Assembly (NCBI GenBank): GCA_041659845.1
Contig: JBAZXM010000002.1
Coordinates: forward strand, 4-64,003
Origin: Minisyncoccota bacterium
GTDB taxonomy: Bacteria; Patescibacteriota; Minisyncoccia; Phycocordibacterales; UBA9973
Reading direction: 5' to 3'
Length of the DNA stretch: 64,000 nucleotides
Positions 10,247 to 19,813 of the stretch are shown here, piece after piece. Both the position numbers and the translations under genes were made by a program. Under the pieces are notes generated by a model. The model searched no databases, was not told the DNA's origin, and saw only the letters and a list, made by a program, of their open reading frames with translations. The first letter of the stretch is position 1. Every line of letters starts with the position of its first letter.

Positions 10247-11566
10247 ATGCCTAAAAAAAATTTTCTTCAAGACATTGTTAGAATGTCATCTCCAGATAAA
10301 GGATCACCTCCTTCTTCGAAGCTGCCTAACAAAATCACTGATAACCCGATTGAATCGTTGGTGATTATTTCTCCACCTGTTTCTATCCACAAAGAAAATA
10401 TGATAGATGAACCACCTCGCCAACATCGCGCAATATGGGGACTCGCAATATTCTCAATAATATCTTTATTTTTTGCACTCTCTTTTCTTTTTTCTGGTGC
10501 TAAAGTCACTGTCGTGCCTAAAATTGAAACATTTTTACTCGATGATACATTTTCTGCCAAGCGTAATCCAAGTGAAGGCGATATTCCATTCCAGTTAATG
10601 GCACTAAAAGGTGAAGAGACGAAAAATATCACCGGTACCGGAACAAAGGCTGTAGAGCAAAAAGCAACGGGCCGCGTAGTCATTTATAATTCATACAGTT
10701 CATCACCACAAAGGCTTTTGATAAATACTCGCCTTGAATCACCAATAGGGAAAATTTATAAAACTCTTACTCCGACAACAGTCCCGGGTATGACCATAAA
10801 AGATGGGCAGCAGGTTCCTGGATCAGTCGAAGTGACCATAGTTGCCGATGCCTCAGGAGAGGAATATAACAGTCCAATGACTGATTTTACTATCGTTGGG
10901 TTTAAGGGAAATCCTAAATATCAGAAATTCTATGCTCGTTCTAAAACTGACATCACTGGTGGATTCAAGGGAACTATCGGTATTATTGACGATAAGGACA
11001 AATCTGATGCCGCTATCGAACTCAAACAAACTCTCAAGGATAAATTGATTAAACAGGCGCGTGCTCAGATCCCAGATGGCTTCATTCTATACGATGAGGC
11101 GACTATTCTCAGTCCTTCGAATTCTGAGCCGACTATCGGGAAGATGGCAAATGATGGCCTGGTTCCAATGACTGAAGAAGCTACCCTTTACGCATTTTTA
11201 TTACCCGAACAAGCACTGACAAAAAAAATCGCTGAAAACGGAATCAGTCAATTTGATGATAGTTCTGTTTACATAGAGGAACTGAAAAATATCACTTTCG
11301 TTCTTGATAATAAAGAAACCATTGTTCCAGAGGATGCATCTCAAATCTCGTTCAAGCTTTCAAGCGATGTGCATGTCATATGGAATGTCGACCAAGATAA
11401 GCTTACAAATGATCTAGTGGGTACGTATAAAAAAGATTTCCAGAAAATATTATCGAATTATAAAAATATCGACTCGGCTGAAGTCACCGTCCGTCCGTTC
11501 TGGAAACGAACAATTCCCGATGATAAGAAAAAGATCACGATTATAATCAAAACGAGCAAGAATTAA
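10247..11566 (+). CDS. Membrane-anchored baseplate J/gp47-like domain protein, CPR-conserved
   Basis: TM helix, then KATGRVVIYN, PGSVEVTIVADASGEEYN, FTIVGFKG, ITGG, VTVRPFW. ATG 10247 preferred as start. Confidence 0.65.
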   Translation: MPKKNFLQDIVRMSSPDKGSPPSSKLPNKITDNPIESLVIISPPVSIHKENMIDEPPRQHRAIWGLAIFSIISLFFALSFLFSGAKVTVVPKIETFLLDDTFSAKRNPSEGDIPFQLMALKGEETKNITGTGTKAVEQKATGRVVIYNSYSSSPQRLLINTRLESPIGKIYKTLTPTTVPGMTIKDGQQVPGSVEVTIVADASGEEYNSPMTDFTIVGFKGNPKYQKFYARSKTDITGGFKGTIGIIDDKDKSDAAIELKQTLKDKLIKQARAQIPDGFILYDEATILSPSNSEPTIGKMANDGLVPMTEEATLYAFLLPEQALTKKIAENGISQFDDSSVYIEELKNITFVLDNKETIVPEDASQISFKLSSDVHVIWNVDQDKLTNDLVGTYKKDFQKILSNYKNIDSAEVTVRPFWKRTIPDDKKKITIIIKTSKN

Positions 11567-11609
11567 TTGACGCAATCATTTTTTTTTGTTAGGATAAAAA
11601 GGTTCACTA

Positions 11610-11831
11610 ATGATTGAAAAAAATAAAGAAAAAAATACAGCCATGGGTGTAGTAACGGAAGCACTACCAAATACTCTTTTCAGAGTAGAACTCAATGGAG
11701 AAGAGAACAAGACTCTCGCGTACCTTTCCGGAAAAATGCGGATGAACCGAATCAAGGTGTTGGTAGGTGATAAGGTTGAGGTTCTAATTGATCCATATGG
11801 AGGTAAGGGCCGCATATTGAAACGCCTTTAA
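11610..11831 (+). CDS. infA: Translation initiation factor IF-1
   Basis: [16 protein letters not shown]...[18 protein letters not shown]. Confidence 0.97.
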   Translation: MIEKNKEKNTAMGVVTEALPNTLFRVELNGEENKTLAYLSGKMRMNRIKVLVGDKVEVLIDPYGGKGRILKRL

Positions 11832-11976
11832 ACTACTTTTCCTAAAGGCTCTCTTGTGTTCTCTTTAGTAATATGTTAGCATGGTGTTCTCTGGTTTATT
11901 GTAAGTTTATTCAAATATTAAGGGCTTAAACCCTTAATTTTTGACTTAGAAATTAATTTTAATATAAAGGGTTTAT

Positions 11977-12087
11977 ATGAAAGTTCGCGCTGCTGTTAAA
12001 AAAATGTGTGAAAAATGTAAAATGGTCAAGCGAAAGGGCCACCTCCGCGTTATTTGTGTGAACCCGAAACATAAGCAAAAACAATAA
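11977..12087 (+). CDS. rpmJ: 50S ribosomal protein L36 (not in the ORF track)
   Basis: Manual translation [36 protein letters not shown]; CxxC...CxxxxH zinc motif; lies between infA and rpsM. Confidence 0.97.
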   Translation: MKVRAAVKKMCEKCKMVKRKGHLRVICVNPKHKQKQ

Positions 12088-12092
12088 TTATT

Positions 12093-12473
12093 ATGAGAAT
12101 TCTCGGTATCAACATCCCAAATGAAAAGAGGCTTGAAATTGGCTTGACTGCCCTCTACGGTATCGGCATTTCCCGTGCGCGAAAAATCCTAAATGATGTC
12201 AAAATTGAACACAGCACCAAAGCGAAGGATCTTTCCGTCGACGAAGAAAACAAGATTCGTAAAGTCATCGAAGAGATGAAAATTGAAGGAAACCTAAAAC
12301 GCGAAGTCGCAGCAAACGTTAAACGTTTGAAAGACATCAAAGCATACCGAGGAATCCGCCACATGAGAAAGCTCCCAGTCCGAGGCCAGCGCACAAAGAC
12401 TAATTCTCGTACCGTTCGTGGCAATGTCAGAAAGACGATGGGATCCGGACGACGCAAGGAATCAAAGACATAA
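12093..12473 (+). CDS. rpsM: 30S ribosomal protein S13
   Basis: YRGIRHMRKLPVRGQRTKTNSRT. Confidence 0.98.
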   Translation: MRILGINIPNEKRLEIGLTALYGIGISRARKILNDVKIEHSTKAKDLSVDEENKIRKVIEEMKIEGNLKREVAANVKRLKDIKAYRGIRHMRKLPVRGQRTKTNSRTVRGNVRKTMGSGRRKESKT

Positions 12474-12501
12474 TAATCACAAAAACTACTAAAATAATAT
12501 C

Positions 12502-12936
12502 ATGGGTAAAAAAAGAATTATAAAAAAAGAAGGGGGCAGCGTAAACAGCGAGATGAAAGCTCGCTCACTTGCGCGTGTCCCGAAGAAAAAGATTACTTCC
12601 GGAACCCTTCATATCGAAGCGACTTTCAACAACACTAAAGTCGTTTTTTCTGATCAACAGGGTAATACACTCTTTTGGTCTTCAGCTGGTTCACTCGGAT
12701 TCAAGGGGGCAAAGAAGGGCACACCATTCGCAGCTTCTAAGGTTGGCGATTTGATCGGTGAAAAGGCTCAGACTCTTGGCATTAAAGAAGCTGATGTAGT
12801 GATCAAAGGCGTTGGTTCCGGCCGTGAGCCTGTGGTGCGAGCATTTATGGCTCGAGGTATCGAGATTACTGGTGTTAAAGACCAAACTCCGATTCCGCAC
12901 AACGGTCCTAAGCCTAAGAAACCTCGTCGAGTATAA
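12502..12936 (+). CDS. rpsK: 30S ribosomal protein S11
   Basis: ATFNNT, WSSAGSLGFKGAKKGTPFAA, DQTPIPHNG. Confidence 0.98.
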   Translation: MGKKRIIKKEGGSVNSEMKARSLARVPKKKITSGTLHIEATFNNTKVVFSDQQGNTLFWSSAGSLGFKGAKKGTPFAASKVGDLIGEKAQTLGIKEADVVIKGVGSGREPVVRAFMARGIEITGVKDQTPIPHNGPKPKKPRRV

Positions 12937-12953
12937 TAATTTTTAAATTTTTT

Positions 12954-13559
12954 ATGATTATCAAGTCAAAATATAAAATCTGCCGACGTCTCGGTCCTAT
13001 CTATGAAAAGTGTCAAACTCAGAAGTTTGTGCTTTCAAGCGGACGAAAAGCAAAAGCCACAAAAGGCAAGCGCCCGAAACAGCTTTCTGACTTCGGTGCG
13101 CAGTTGATAGAGAAGCAGAAAATTCGCTTCAGCTACGGCATGTCGGAAAAGCAGTTTTCTAACTATGTTAAAGAAGCTGAAACAACAAAGGGTATGGCTA
13201 TCGCTGATAAACTTTTTGAACTATTAGAAACTCGTCTCGACAATGTCGTTTATCGTCTCGGTCTTGCCAACACACGCGCTCTTGCCCGACAGATGGTTTC
13301 TCACGGTCACTTTACAGTCAATGGTAAAAAGACAACAGTCCCTTCATATCATGTACGAGCAGGCGATATAATTTCCGCCCGCGAGGGAAGCAGAAAGAGT
13401 GTCCTCTTCGCTGATATCGAGAAGAAGCTGAAAAATTACAGTATTCCGGCATGGCTTTCATTTGATGCTGTAAAGATTGAAGCGGCTGTGAAAGAAAAAC
13501 CAAAGAATACCGAGACTTTCCTTGATTTCAATACCGTTCTCGAATATTACAGCCGATAA
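12954..13559 (+). CDS. rpsD: 30S ribosomal protein S4
   Basis: QLIEKQKIRFSYG, LETRLDNVVYRLG, ARQMVSHGH, VLEYYSR. Confidence 0.98.
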   Translation: MIIKSKYKICRRLGPIYEKCQTQKFVLSSGRKAKATKGKRPKQLSDFGAQLIEKQKIRFSYGMSEKQFSNYVKEAETTKGMAIADKLFELLETRLDNVVYRLGLANTRALARQMVSHGHFTVNGKKTTVPSYHVRAGDIISAREGSRKSVLFADIEKKLKNYSIPAWLSFDAVKIEAAVKEKPKNTETFLDFNTVLEYYSR

Positions 13560-13608
13560 AAATTATTTATTATTTACGTCGATTTTATTAAAGTAACCTA
13601 AAAAATAT

Positions 13609-14595
13609 ATGTCCAATCACAACATTATTTTGCCATCAAAACCTCGTGTAGTTTCTGAAGAAGAAATGAAAGGGGTATACGAAATAGACGGTTTGTATCC
13701 AGGGTATGGCCACACCTTGGGTAATTCACTTCGCCGCATCATCCTTTCATCCCTCCCAGGAGCAGCGATTACTTCGGTAAAGATCGACGGTGTTTCTCAC
13801 GAATTTTCAGTCGTAGACGGAATCAAAGAAGACGTTATAACTATGCTTCTTCATTTGAAACAGGTTAGATTTAAAATGTCATCTGATGAGCCTCAGGTTG
13901 TTACACTTTCAGTTAAAGGTCCAAAGCTAGTCACTGCTGGTGATATCAAAACAGGTGGACAAGTAGAAGTACTTAATCCTGAATTGTATATCGTTGAAGT
14001 TACAGACAAAAACACTCATTTCAACATTGAAATGACTATTGAAAAAGGCCTTGGTTTCGTACCAAAGGATGTACATCAGAAAGGCAAAGTCGATATCGGT
14101 ACTATTGCTCTTGATGCAATATTTACACCGATCCGTCGCGTCAGCTACGAAGTTGAGAATATGCGCGTGGGCGACAAGACTAACCACAATCGCCTTCGCA
14201 TGATTATCGAAACTGATGGAACTATTTCCCCTCGCGAAGCCCTTGAAACGTCTATAAAGACAATGATAGAACAACTAGGATCAATTCTTGATTTTAAAGT
14301 TGATATCGCTTCAGAAATGGTTTCTTCTCCAGAAGTTGAAGAAGAGACGGGTGAGATGATGGCTGAAATGGATGAAAAGAAATCAGACGAAATTGCTGAT
14401 ATTCTAAAGACTCGCATCGATACTCTCGATCTCTCAACTCGTACTCTGAATGCTCTCTCAGCTGCAAATATCCGCACCGTCGGAGGTGTTGCCCGCAAAA
14501 AGAGTGAAGACCTTCTTGAGCTTGCTGGTATGGGTGAGAAGGGTATACAGGAAATCAAACGCGCACTTTCTAATTTCGGTATTACGTTAAAGTAA
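13609..14595 (+). CDS. rpoA: RNA polymerase subunit alpha
   Basis: GYGHTLGNSLRRIILSSLPG, HEFS, DAIFTPI, C-terminal LSTRTLNAL. Confidence 0.98.
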   Translation: MSNHNIILPSKPRVVSEEEMKGVYEIDGLYPGYGHTLGNSLRRIILSSLPGAAITSVKIDGVSHEFSVVDGIKEDVITMLLHLKQVRFKMSSDEPQVVTLSVKGPKLVTAGDIKTGGQVEVLNPELYIVEVTDKNTHFNIEMTIEKGLGFVPKDVHQKGKVDIGTIALDAIFTPIRRVSYEVENMRVGDKTNHNRLRMIIETDGTISPREALETSIKTMIEQLGSILDFKVDIASEMVSSPEVEEETGEMMAEMDEKKSDEIADILKTRIDTLDLSTRTLNALSAANIRTVGGVARKKSEDLLELAGMGEKGIQEIKRALSNFGITLK

Positions 14596-14617
14596 GTTAT
14601 CAGATTTAATCATTCCT

Positions 14618-14971
14618 ATGAGACACAACAATACAGTTCGAAAATTTGGCAGAAAAACAAACGTGAGAAACGCGCTTATTAAATCTCTTGCACTCTCGCT
14701 TATTATCCATGACCGAATTACTACGACTGAAGCAAAGGCAAAAGAGCTTCGTCCTTTTGTTGAGAAGCTCGTAACTACGGCTAAAAAGGGTGATCTTGCT
14801 TCCAAGCGTATGGTAGTGTCTCGCTTGATTAATCGAAAGCCGGAAGCAAAAAAGCTTATTGATGAAATCGCGCCGAAATATGCTGATCGTAAAGGAGGCT
14901 ACACACGAGTGCTCAAGCTCCCTCGCCGATTATCAGATGGCAGTCCGATGGCAATCATCGAATTTGTATAA
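14618..14971 (+). CDS. rplQ: 50S ribosomal protein L17
   Basis: MRH...ITTTEAKAKELR...GGYTRVLK. Confidence 0.98.
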   Translation: MRHNNTVRKFGRKTNVRNALIKSLALSLIIHDRITTTEAKAKELRPFVEKLVTTAKKGDLASKRMVVSRLINRKPEAKKLIDEIAPKYADRKGGYTRVLKLPRRLSDGSPMAIIEFV

Positions 14972-15000
14972 TTATTGAAAATACGCTAGTATAAAAGTCC

Positions 15001-15345
15001 ATGACACACACAATTGACGCAAAAGGAAAAGCAATCGGCAGAGTCGCAAGCGAAGCGGCGATAATTTTGATGGGTAAAAACGAAACCGATTTCGCGAAGA
15101 ATGTCGTTTCTAAGAATAAAGTTATCATCATAAATGCATCAAAGGCTAAAATCTCTGCAAAAAAGCTTACTGAGGTGGAATACGAGCGTTACTCTGGCTA
15201 CCCAGGCGGCTTAACAAAGCAGAAAATGGGTGATGTGATCTACAAGAAGGGCTACGGCGAACTATTTAAAATGGCGGTCAACGGCATGCTTCCGAAGAAC
15301 AAGCTTCAGAGCCTTATGATGAAGAATTTAACTATTACCGAATAA
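15001..15345 (+). CDS. rplM: 50S ribosomal protein L13
   Basis: IDAKGKAIGRVAS, YSGYPGGL, AVNGMLPKNKL. Confidence 0.97.
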   Translation: MTHTIDAKGKAIGRVASEAAIILMGKNETDFAKNVVSKNKVIIINASKAKISAKKLTEVEYERYSGYPGGLTKQKMGDVIYKKGYGELFKMAVNGMLPKNKLQSLMMKNLTITE

Positions 15346-15346
15346 T

Positions 15347-15763
15347 ATGGAAAAAACAGTAAAAAAAGCAAAAGGAGGATACATTGAGGCTGTCGGACGA
15401 CGCAAGACTTCAACTGCGCGCGTACGCATCACCGAGGCTGCAAAGCAGACCTTCTCGGTGAATGACAAAGATGCTGAAAAGTATTTCATGACGAAAGACC
15501 TTTACAATACTGTCGTTGCTCCTTTTGAGAAATCAAAATTAGAGGTACATTTTATAATCACTGCAAAAGTTTCAGGTGGAGGAATCCATTCTCAAGCTGA
15601 AGCTGTACGACACGGTATCTCACGAGCACTTTTAATTTTCGATACTGAACTCCACGACAATCTTAAAAAGTCTGGTTTCCTCAAGCGTGATCCTCGAGCG
15701 AAAGAGCGTCGCAAGTTTGGTCTCAAGAAAGCTCGTAAAGCTCCACAGTGGTCTAAGCGTTAA
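15347..15763 (+). CDS. rpsI: 30S ribosomal protein S9
   Basis: GRRKTSTARV, GGGIHSQAEAVRHGISRAL, ERRKFGLKKARKAPQWSKR. Confidence 0.98.
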   Translation: MEKTVKKAKGGYIEAVGRRKTSTARVRITEAAKQTFSVNDKDAEKYFMTKDLYNTVVAPFEKSKLEVHFIITAKVSGGGIHSQAEAVRHGISRALLIFDTELHDNLKKSGFLKRDPRAKERRKFGLKKARKAPQWSKR

Positions 15764-15770
15764 TTTACTC

Positions 15771-15804
15771 AAAAAAATCCCAATCAATCGATTGGGATTT
15801 TTTT
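15771..15804 (+). terminator. Intrinsic terminator of the ribosomal protein operon
   Basis: AAAAAAATCCCAATC-aatc-GATTGGGATTTTTTT. Confidence 0.85.
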
Positions 15805-15806
15805 AT

Positions 15807-15842
15807 CATCTACAAGATTCGCCATGGCGAATCTTGTAGATG
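15807..15842. repeat. 36-bp perfect palindrome, family copy 1
   Basis: CATCTACAAGATTCGCCATGGCGAATCTTGTAGATG equals its own reverse complement. Confidence 0.95.
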
Positions 15843-15899
15843 TGGTTTTAGGTTTATATTTTTCGTGCTAGACTGTTTCAGAAATAAAAAATTTAAATA

Positions 15900-16097
15900 A
15901 TGGAAAAAGATTTTTTCTTATCGCGACAGAGCGAACCGCTAGTACAAATGAGGTATGTATGTACAGATTGCGGAAATGAAAAAATCCGCTTCCAAAAGTT
16001 ACCTAGCGAACAAAATTCTGATTTCAGAAGATTTTGCCCAGTATGTAAAAAGGTCACGGAGCATACTCAGTACCTACCCAAACCACCCATAAAATAG
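15900..16097 (+). CDS. Small zinc-ribbon protein, divergent ribosomal protein L33-like
   Basis: CTDC-x21-CPVCKKVTEH resembles the L33 CxxC...CPxCxxxTxH pattern; terminator at 16080-16106. Confidence 0.5.
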   Translation: MEKDFFLSRQSEPLVQMRYVCTDCGNEKIRFQKLPSEQNSDFRRFCPVCKKVTEHTQYLPKPPIK

Positions 16098-16207
16098 GGT
16101 GGTTTTATATTGACAAATCAATCAATTAATGTAATGATGAGCTTGCTAAATAAATTAGCGACTGTTTCGGCAGGAAAATCCGAAGTTCTTTTTTAAAATC
16201 TAGTGTT

Positions 16208-16471
16208 ATGAGATATATACCCATTTCTTTAGTGCTTATATTATTTAGTCTATTTATTCATTGGGGTTCTGAGCGAGCCGATAAAATTTTTGATGAACAG
16301 ACATCTGCAAGAGTTGTTTCTGAAAATTCTGAAACCATTACCTTTAAGCAAGGCTTTGGGGGTGATCGTTGGGACAACAGAAATGAATTTATAAAGGAAG
16401 AATATTGGACTGTTAGCAAAAAAAAGCACGGGGAATACCTTGTGTTAATAGCTGCAACAAACAAAATGTAG
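16208..16471 (+). CDS. Small hypothetical protein with an N-terminal hydrophobic helix
   Basis: TTGACA at 16110; bidirectional terminator at 16488-16517. Confidence 0.55.
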   Translation: MRYIPISLVLILFSLFIHWGSERADKIFDEQTSARVVSENSETITFKQGFGGDRWDNRNEFIKEEYWTVSKKKHGEYLVLIAATNKM

Positions 16472-16515
16472 ACCTTGTAATTAAGGGAAAAAGCCGTTTC
16501 GATAGAAGCGGCTTT

Positions 16516-17166
16516 TTATATCACCCCAAACTGTTTCAAGATTGATTCTGAAGTTTCATGGTCGAGGTCGTTTGTGTTGAAGGTAATGATTCGCCCTTCT
16601 GGGAATTCTTCTTGCAGGCGATTGGTTATATGAGGGAATGGATAGATGGTGACATATGCTCCGGTAGCGAAGGGGATGAAGCGAGCCTTTTTTAATATAT
16701 AGCGAACACGCTCGCGATCTGATTTTTCATCTTCCGAGAAATTTAAAATTACAATTTGGAAAACTCCATTCCAAGAGAGGGGAATCATTGCTTTTTCTTC
16801 TGTGAAGAGCGCTTCTTCTAATTTTTTAAATCCCTCGGGTGTCAACTTCGCGTAGTTTGTTTTTTCCTGGCCTTCGATCATCAGCATTCCGCCTTCCGTC
16901 ATTTTCTTGATTGTGCGGTTAATGACATACGATGGTTTGGTTTTCCTATCTGCAAAAGAATTTTCATTACCGAGCATTTTTTCAACCTCCGGAACGAGGT
17001 CTTCAATGCTCATACGTTTTCCGATAGATACTGCTCGCAGGATAAAATATTGTACCGGCTGGCGTTCAGCTTTCCCCAAAGGACTTTCCTTTGGGGGCAC
17101 AAAGGAAAGTCCTTTGGGAGATTTCTTAGCCTTTTTTATGCTCAGCTTTTTGGGGATTCTTGACAT
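16516..17166 (-). CDS. PaaX-like transcriptional regulator (winged helix plus ferredoxin-like domain)
   Basis: AKLTPEG ends the winged helix, followed by WNGVFQIVILNFSEDEKSDRERVRYILKKARF (PaaX WDGxWrxvxfDxpE pattern). Confidence 0.65.
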   Translation of the reverse strand: MSRIPKKLSIKKAKKSPKGLSFVPPKESPLGKAERQPVQYFILRAVSIGKRMSIEDLVPEVEKMLGNENSFADRKTKPSYVINRTIKKMTEGGMLMIEGQEKTNYAKLTPEGFKKLEEALFTEEKAMIPLSWNGVFQIVILNFSEDEKSDRERVRYILKKARFIPFATGAYVTIYPFPHITNRLQEEFPEGRIITFNTNDLDHETSESILKQFGVI

Positions 17167-17192
17167 ACCCCAATCCTAGCATGTATATTGTC

Positions 17193-17230
17193 TTTGACAA
17201 GTTTTTCGCATGTGCAAAATACTTGTCAAA
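17193..17230. promoter_or_regulatory. Imperfect inverted repeat in the divergent paaX-like/grpE promoter region (candidate operator)
   Basis: TTTGACAAGTTTTTCGCA-tg-TGCAAAATACTTGTCAAA; arms match 16/18. Confidence 0.6.
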
Positions 17231-17256
17231 AGATTTTAAACCTATATAATAGTCCT

Positions 17257-17838
17257 ATGTTAAACAATGATGACCAGATTGAAGACGAAATTGTCGAAGA
17301 ACCGGAACTTTCTTACGAAGAATCCTCTGAAGATGGCGAAGAGTCGAGTACGAAGGATAAGCTGAAAGACCTTCGTGAAAAGCTCAAAAAATGCGTAGCC
17401 GAAAAACAAGAATATCTCACTGGCTGGCAGAAAGAAAGAGCAGACTTCGTTAATTTCAAATCCGAAGAAGACAAGCGCAAAGCTGAGCTTGTCACTTATA
17501 CGAAAGAAAAGACAATTCACGAATTTCTTGGAGTCCTCGATAGTTTCGATATGGCATTCGCCAACAAAGAAGCCTGGGAAAAAGTAGACAAGAATTGGCG
17601 CATAGGAGTGGAATACATTTATGCGCAATTCCTCGGAGTTCTCGGAGATCACGGCGTGAAGCAGATCAATGAAATCGATGTAGAATTCAATCCTGAATTT
17701 CATCAATCACTGGAGACTGTAGATACGACTGATGAAAAGAAAGATCATCTCGTTGCCGAAGTTATTCAGAAAGGCTACATCATGAATGACAAAGTAATCC
17801 GACCAGCGAGAGTGCATATTTATCATTATAAACAATAA
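17257..17838 (+). CDS. grpE: Nucleotide exchange factor GrpE
   Basis: [23 protein letters not shown]....[11 protein letters not shown] 17257 lies 6 nt after TATAAT. Confidence 0.95.
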   Translation: MLNNDDQIEDEIVEEPELSYEESSEDGEESSTKDKLKDLREKLKKCVAEKQEYLTGWQKERADFVNFKSEEDKRKAELVTYTKEKTIHEFLGVLDSFDMAFANKEAWEKVDKNWRIGVEYIYAQFLGVLGDHGVKQINEIDVEFNPEFHQSLETVDTTDEKKDHLVAEVIQKGYIMNDKVIRPARVHIYHYKQ

Positions 17839-17903
17839 TTAATTTTTTAAAATTACGCCGCGTTTCAATGGACGTTACGCGGCATGATTTCGCAAAATCA
17901 CAT

Positions 17904-19805
17904 ATGTCAAAAATAATTGGAATTGATTTGGGTACAACAAATTCAGCGGTCGCAATCATTGAAGGCGGCCAGCCGAAGATCATAGAGAACATTGAAGGCG
18001 CACGCACGACGCCCTCTATTGCTGCGATTGCCAAGAATGGTGATCGGCTCGTCGGTCTTCTTGCAAAGCGTCAAGCAGTGACCAATCCTGAAAATACTAT
18101 TTACGGTATCAAACGCTTCATGGGTCACAACTTTGAAGATCCTGAAATTCAGAACAATATAAAAAGCATTTCTTTCAAAATGGAAAAAGGCCCGGATAGC
18201 GGCGTTTTGGTAAAAATGGGAGATAAAGCATATCGTCCTGAAGAGGTCTCTGCGATGATCCTCCAAAAAATCAAAGCCGATGTGGAGGCAAAGCTTGGTG
18301 AGAAGATTACTGAAGCTATCATCACCGTGCCTGCATATTTCAATGACGCACAGCGTAAGGCAACTACAGACGCTGGTGCGATTGCAGGCCTTAATGTGAA
18401 GCGCATCATCAACGAGCCTACGGCTGCAGCCCTCGCATACGGTTTCAATACTCGCAAGAATGAAAAGATTGTTGTTTACGATTTTGGCGGTGGAACATTT
18501 GATATTTCAGTACTCGAAGTCGGTGATGATGTCATTGAAGTGAAGTCTACTGACGGAGACTCACACATGGGTGGGCGCGATATCGATTACAAAATCATGG
18601 CGTATATTGCCGATGAATATAAAAAGGAATCCGGTATCGATGTCTCTAAGGATCCTCTAGCAAAGCAACGTCTCGATGAAGCTGCAGAAAAGGCAAAGCT
18701 CGAGCTTTCAACCACAATGGAGACGGAAATCAACATTCCATTCATCACTTCAGATGCATCGGGTCCGAAGCACCTTTTAATGAAGCTCACTCGCGCTAAG
18801 CTCGAAGAATTGGCTGCTGATTACATCAAACGCTCAATTGAGATCACAAAGAGAGCTATGGAAGCTTCTCCATTTAAAATAGCGGACATTAATGAAATTA
18901 TCATGGTCGGCGGGCAGACCCGCATGCCAGCGATTTTGAATGCTGTGAAGAGTTACTTCGGTAAAGAACCAAATCTCTCTATCAATCCTGATGAAGTCGT
19001 AGCACTCGGCGCAGCAGTACAAGGTGGTGTTCTTCAAGGCGAAGTCCGTGATGTACTCTTGCTTGATGTCATCCCACTTTCTCTCGGTATTGAAACGCTT
19101 GGAGGTGTAGGTACAAAATTGATTGAAAAGAATACTACGATTCCAGCATCTCGTTCGCAGGTATTCTCGACAGCAGCTGATAATCAGACATCTGTTGAGA
19201 TTCATATCGTGCAAGGCGAACGCCCGATGGCAAGCGACAATAAATCGCTCGGACGTTTTATTCTCGACGGTGTTCCACCAGCACCACGTGGTATGCCACA
19301 GGTGGAAGTTACTTTTGATGTGGACGCCAACGGAATCTTGAATGTGAAGGCGAAAGAAAAGACTTCTGGTAAAGAACAGAGTATTCGTATCGAAGCTGGT
19401 GGCGGACTTTCTAAAGACGACATCGCTCGTATGCAGGCAGATGCAGAATCACATGCAGAAGAAGACAAGAAAAAGAAGGATGCGGTTGATGCTAAGAATA
19501 CTGCCGAAATGATTATTTACAGTGCTGAGAAATCTCTCGCTGATGCGGGTGATAAAGTTCCTGCGGAAATTAAAACTTCAGTTGAAGAAAAGATTACTTC
19601 ACTTAAAGCTGTTAAAGACGGTGCGGATGTCGAAGCGATCACCAAAGCAACTTCTGAACTCTCAAATGAAATGCAAAAAATAGGCGAAGCTATGATGAAA
19701 AACCAGCAAACTGAACAGCCAGCTGGTGAACAAGCAACTCCCGAAAATCCTGAAGGTAATGTTCGTGATGCAGAAACAAAAGAAGGAGATGCTAGTGCAC
19801 AATAA
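17904..19805 (+). CDS. dnaK: Chaperone DnaK
   Basis: [39 protein letters not shown]. Start MSKII at 17904. Confidence 0.99.
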   Translation: MSKIIGIDLGTTNSAVAIIEGGQPKIIENIEGARTTPSIAAIAKNGDRLVGLLAKRQAVTNPENTIYGIKRFMGHNFEDPEIQNNIKSISFKMEKGPDSGVLVKMGDKAYRPEEVSAMILQKIKADVEAKLGEKITEAIITVPAYFNDAQRKATTDAGAIAGLNVKRIINEPTAAALAYGFNTRKNEKIVVYDFGGGTFDISVLEVGDDVIEVKSTDGDSHMGGRDIDYKIMAYIADEYKKESGIDVSKDPLAKQRLDEAAEKAKLELSTTMETEINIPFITSDASGPKHLLMKLTRAKLEELAADYIKRSIEITKRAMEASPFKIADINEIIMVGGQTRMPAILNAVKSYFGKEPNLSINPDEVVALGAAVQGGVLQGEVRDVLLLDVIPLSLGIETLGGVGTKLIEKNTTIPASRSQVFSTAADNQTSVEIHIVQGERPMASDNKSLGRFILDGVPPAPRGMPQVEVTFDVDANGILNVKAKEKTSGKEQSIRIEAGGGLSKDDIARMQADAESHAEEDKKKKDAVDAKNTAEMIIYSAEKSLADAGDKVPAEIKTSVEEKITSLKAVKDGADVEAITKATSELSNEMQKIGEAMMKNQQTEQPAGEQATPENPEGNVRDAETKEGDASAQ

Positions 19806-19813
19806 ATAATTTA

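Noticed and set aside
10247-11566. Prophage or contractile injection system, suggested by the baseplate-J-like domain
   Set aside because: No sheath, tube, terminase or integrase genes; the protein is TM-anchored among core genes.
11917-11938. Hairpin ATTAAGGG/CCCTTAAT upstream of rpmJ as a ribosomal protein leader RNA
   Set aside because: It could equally be a weak terminator after infA; not distinguishable without comparative data.
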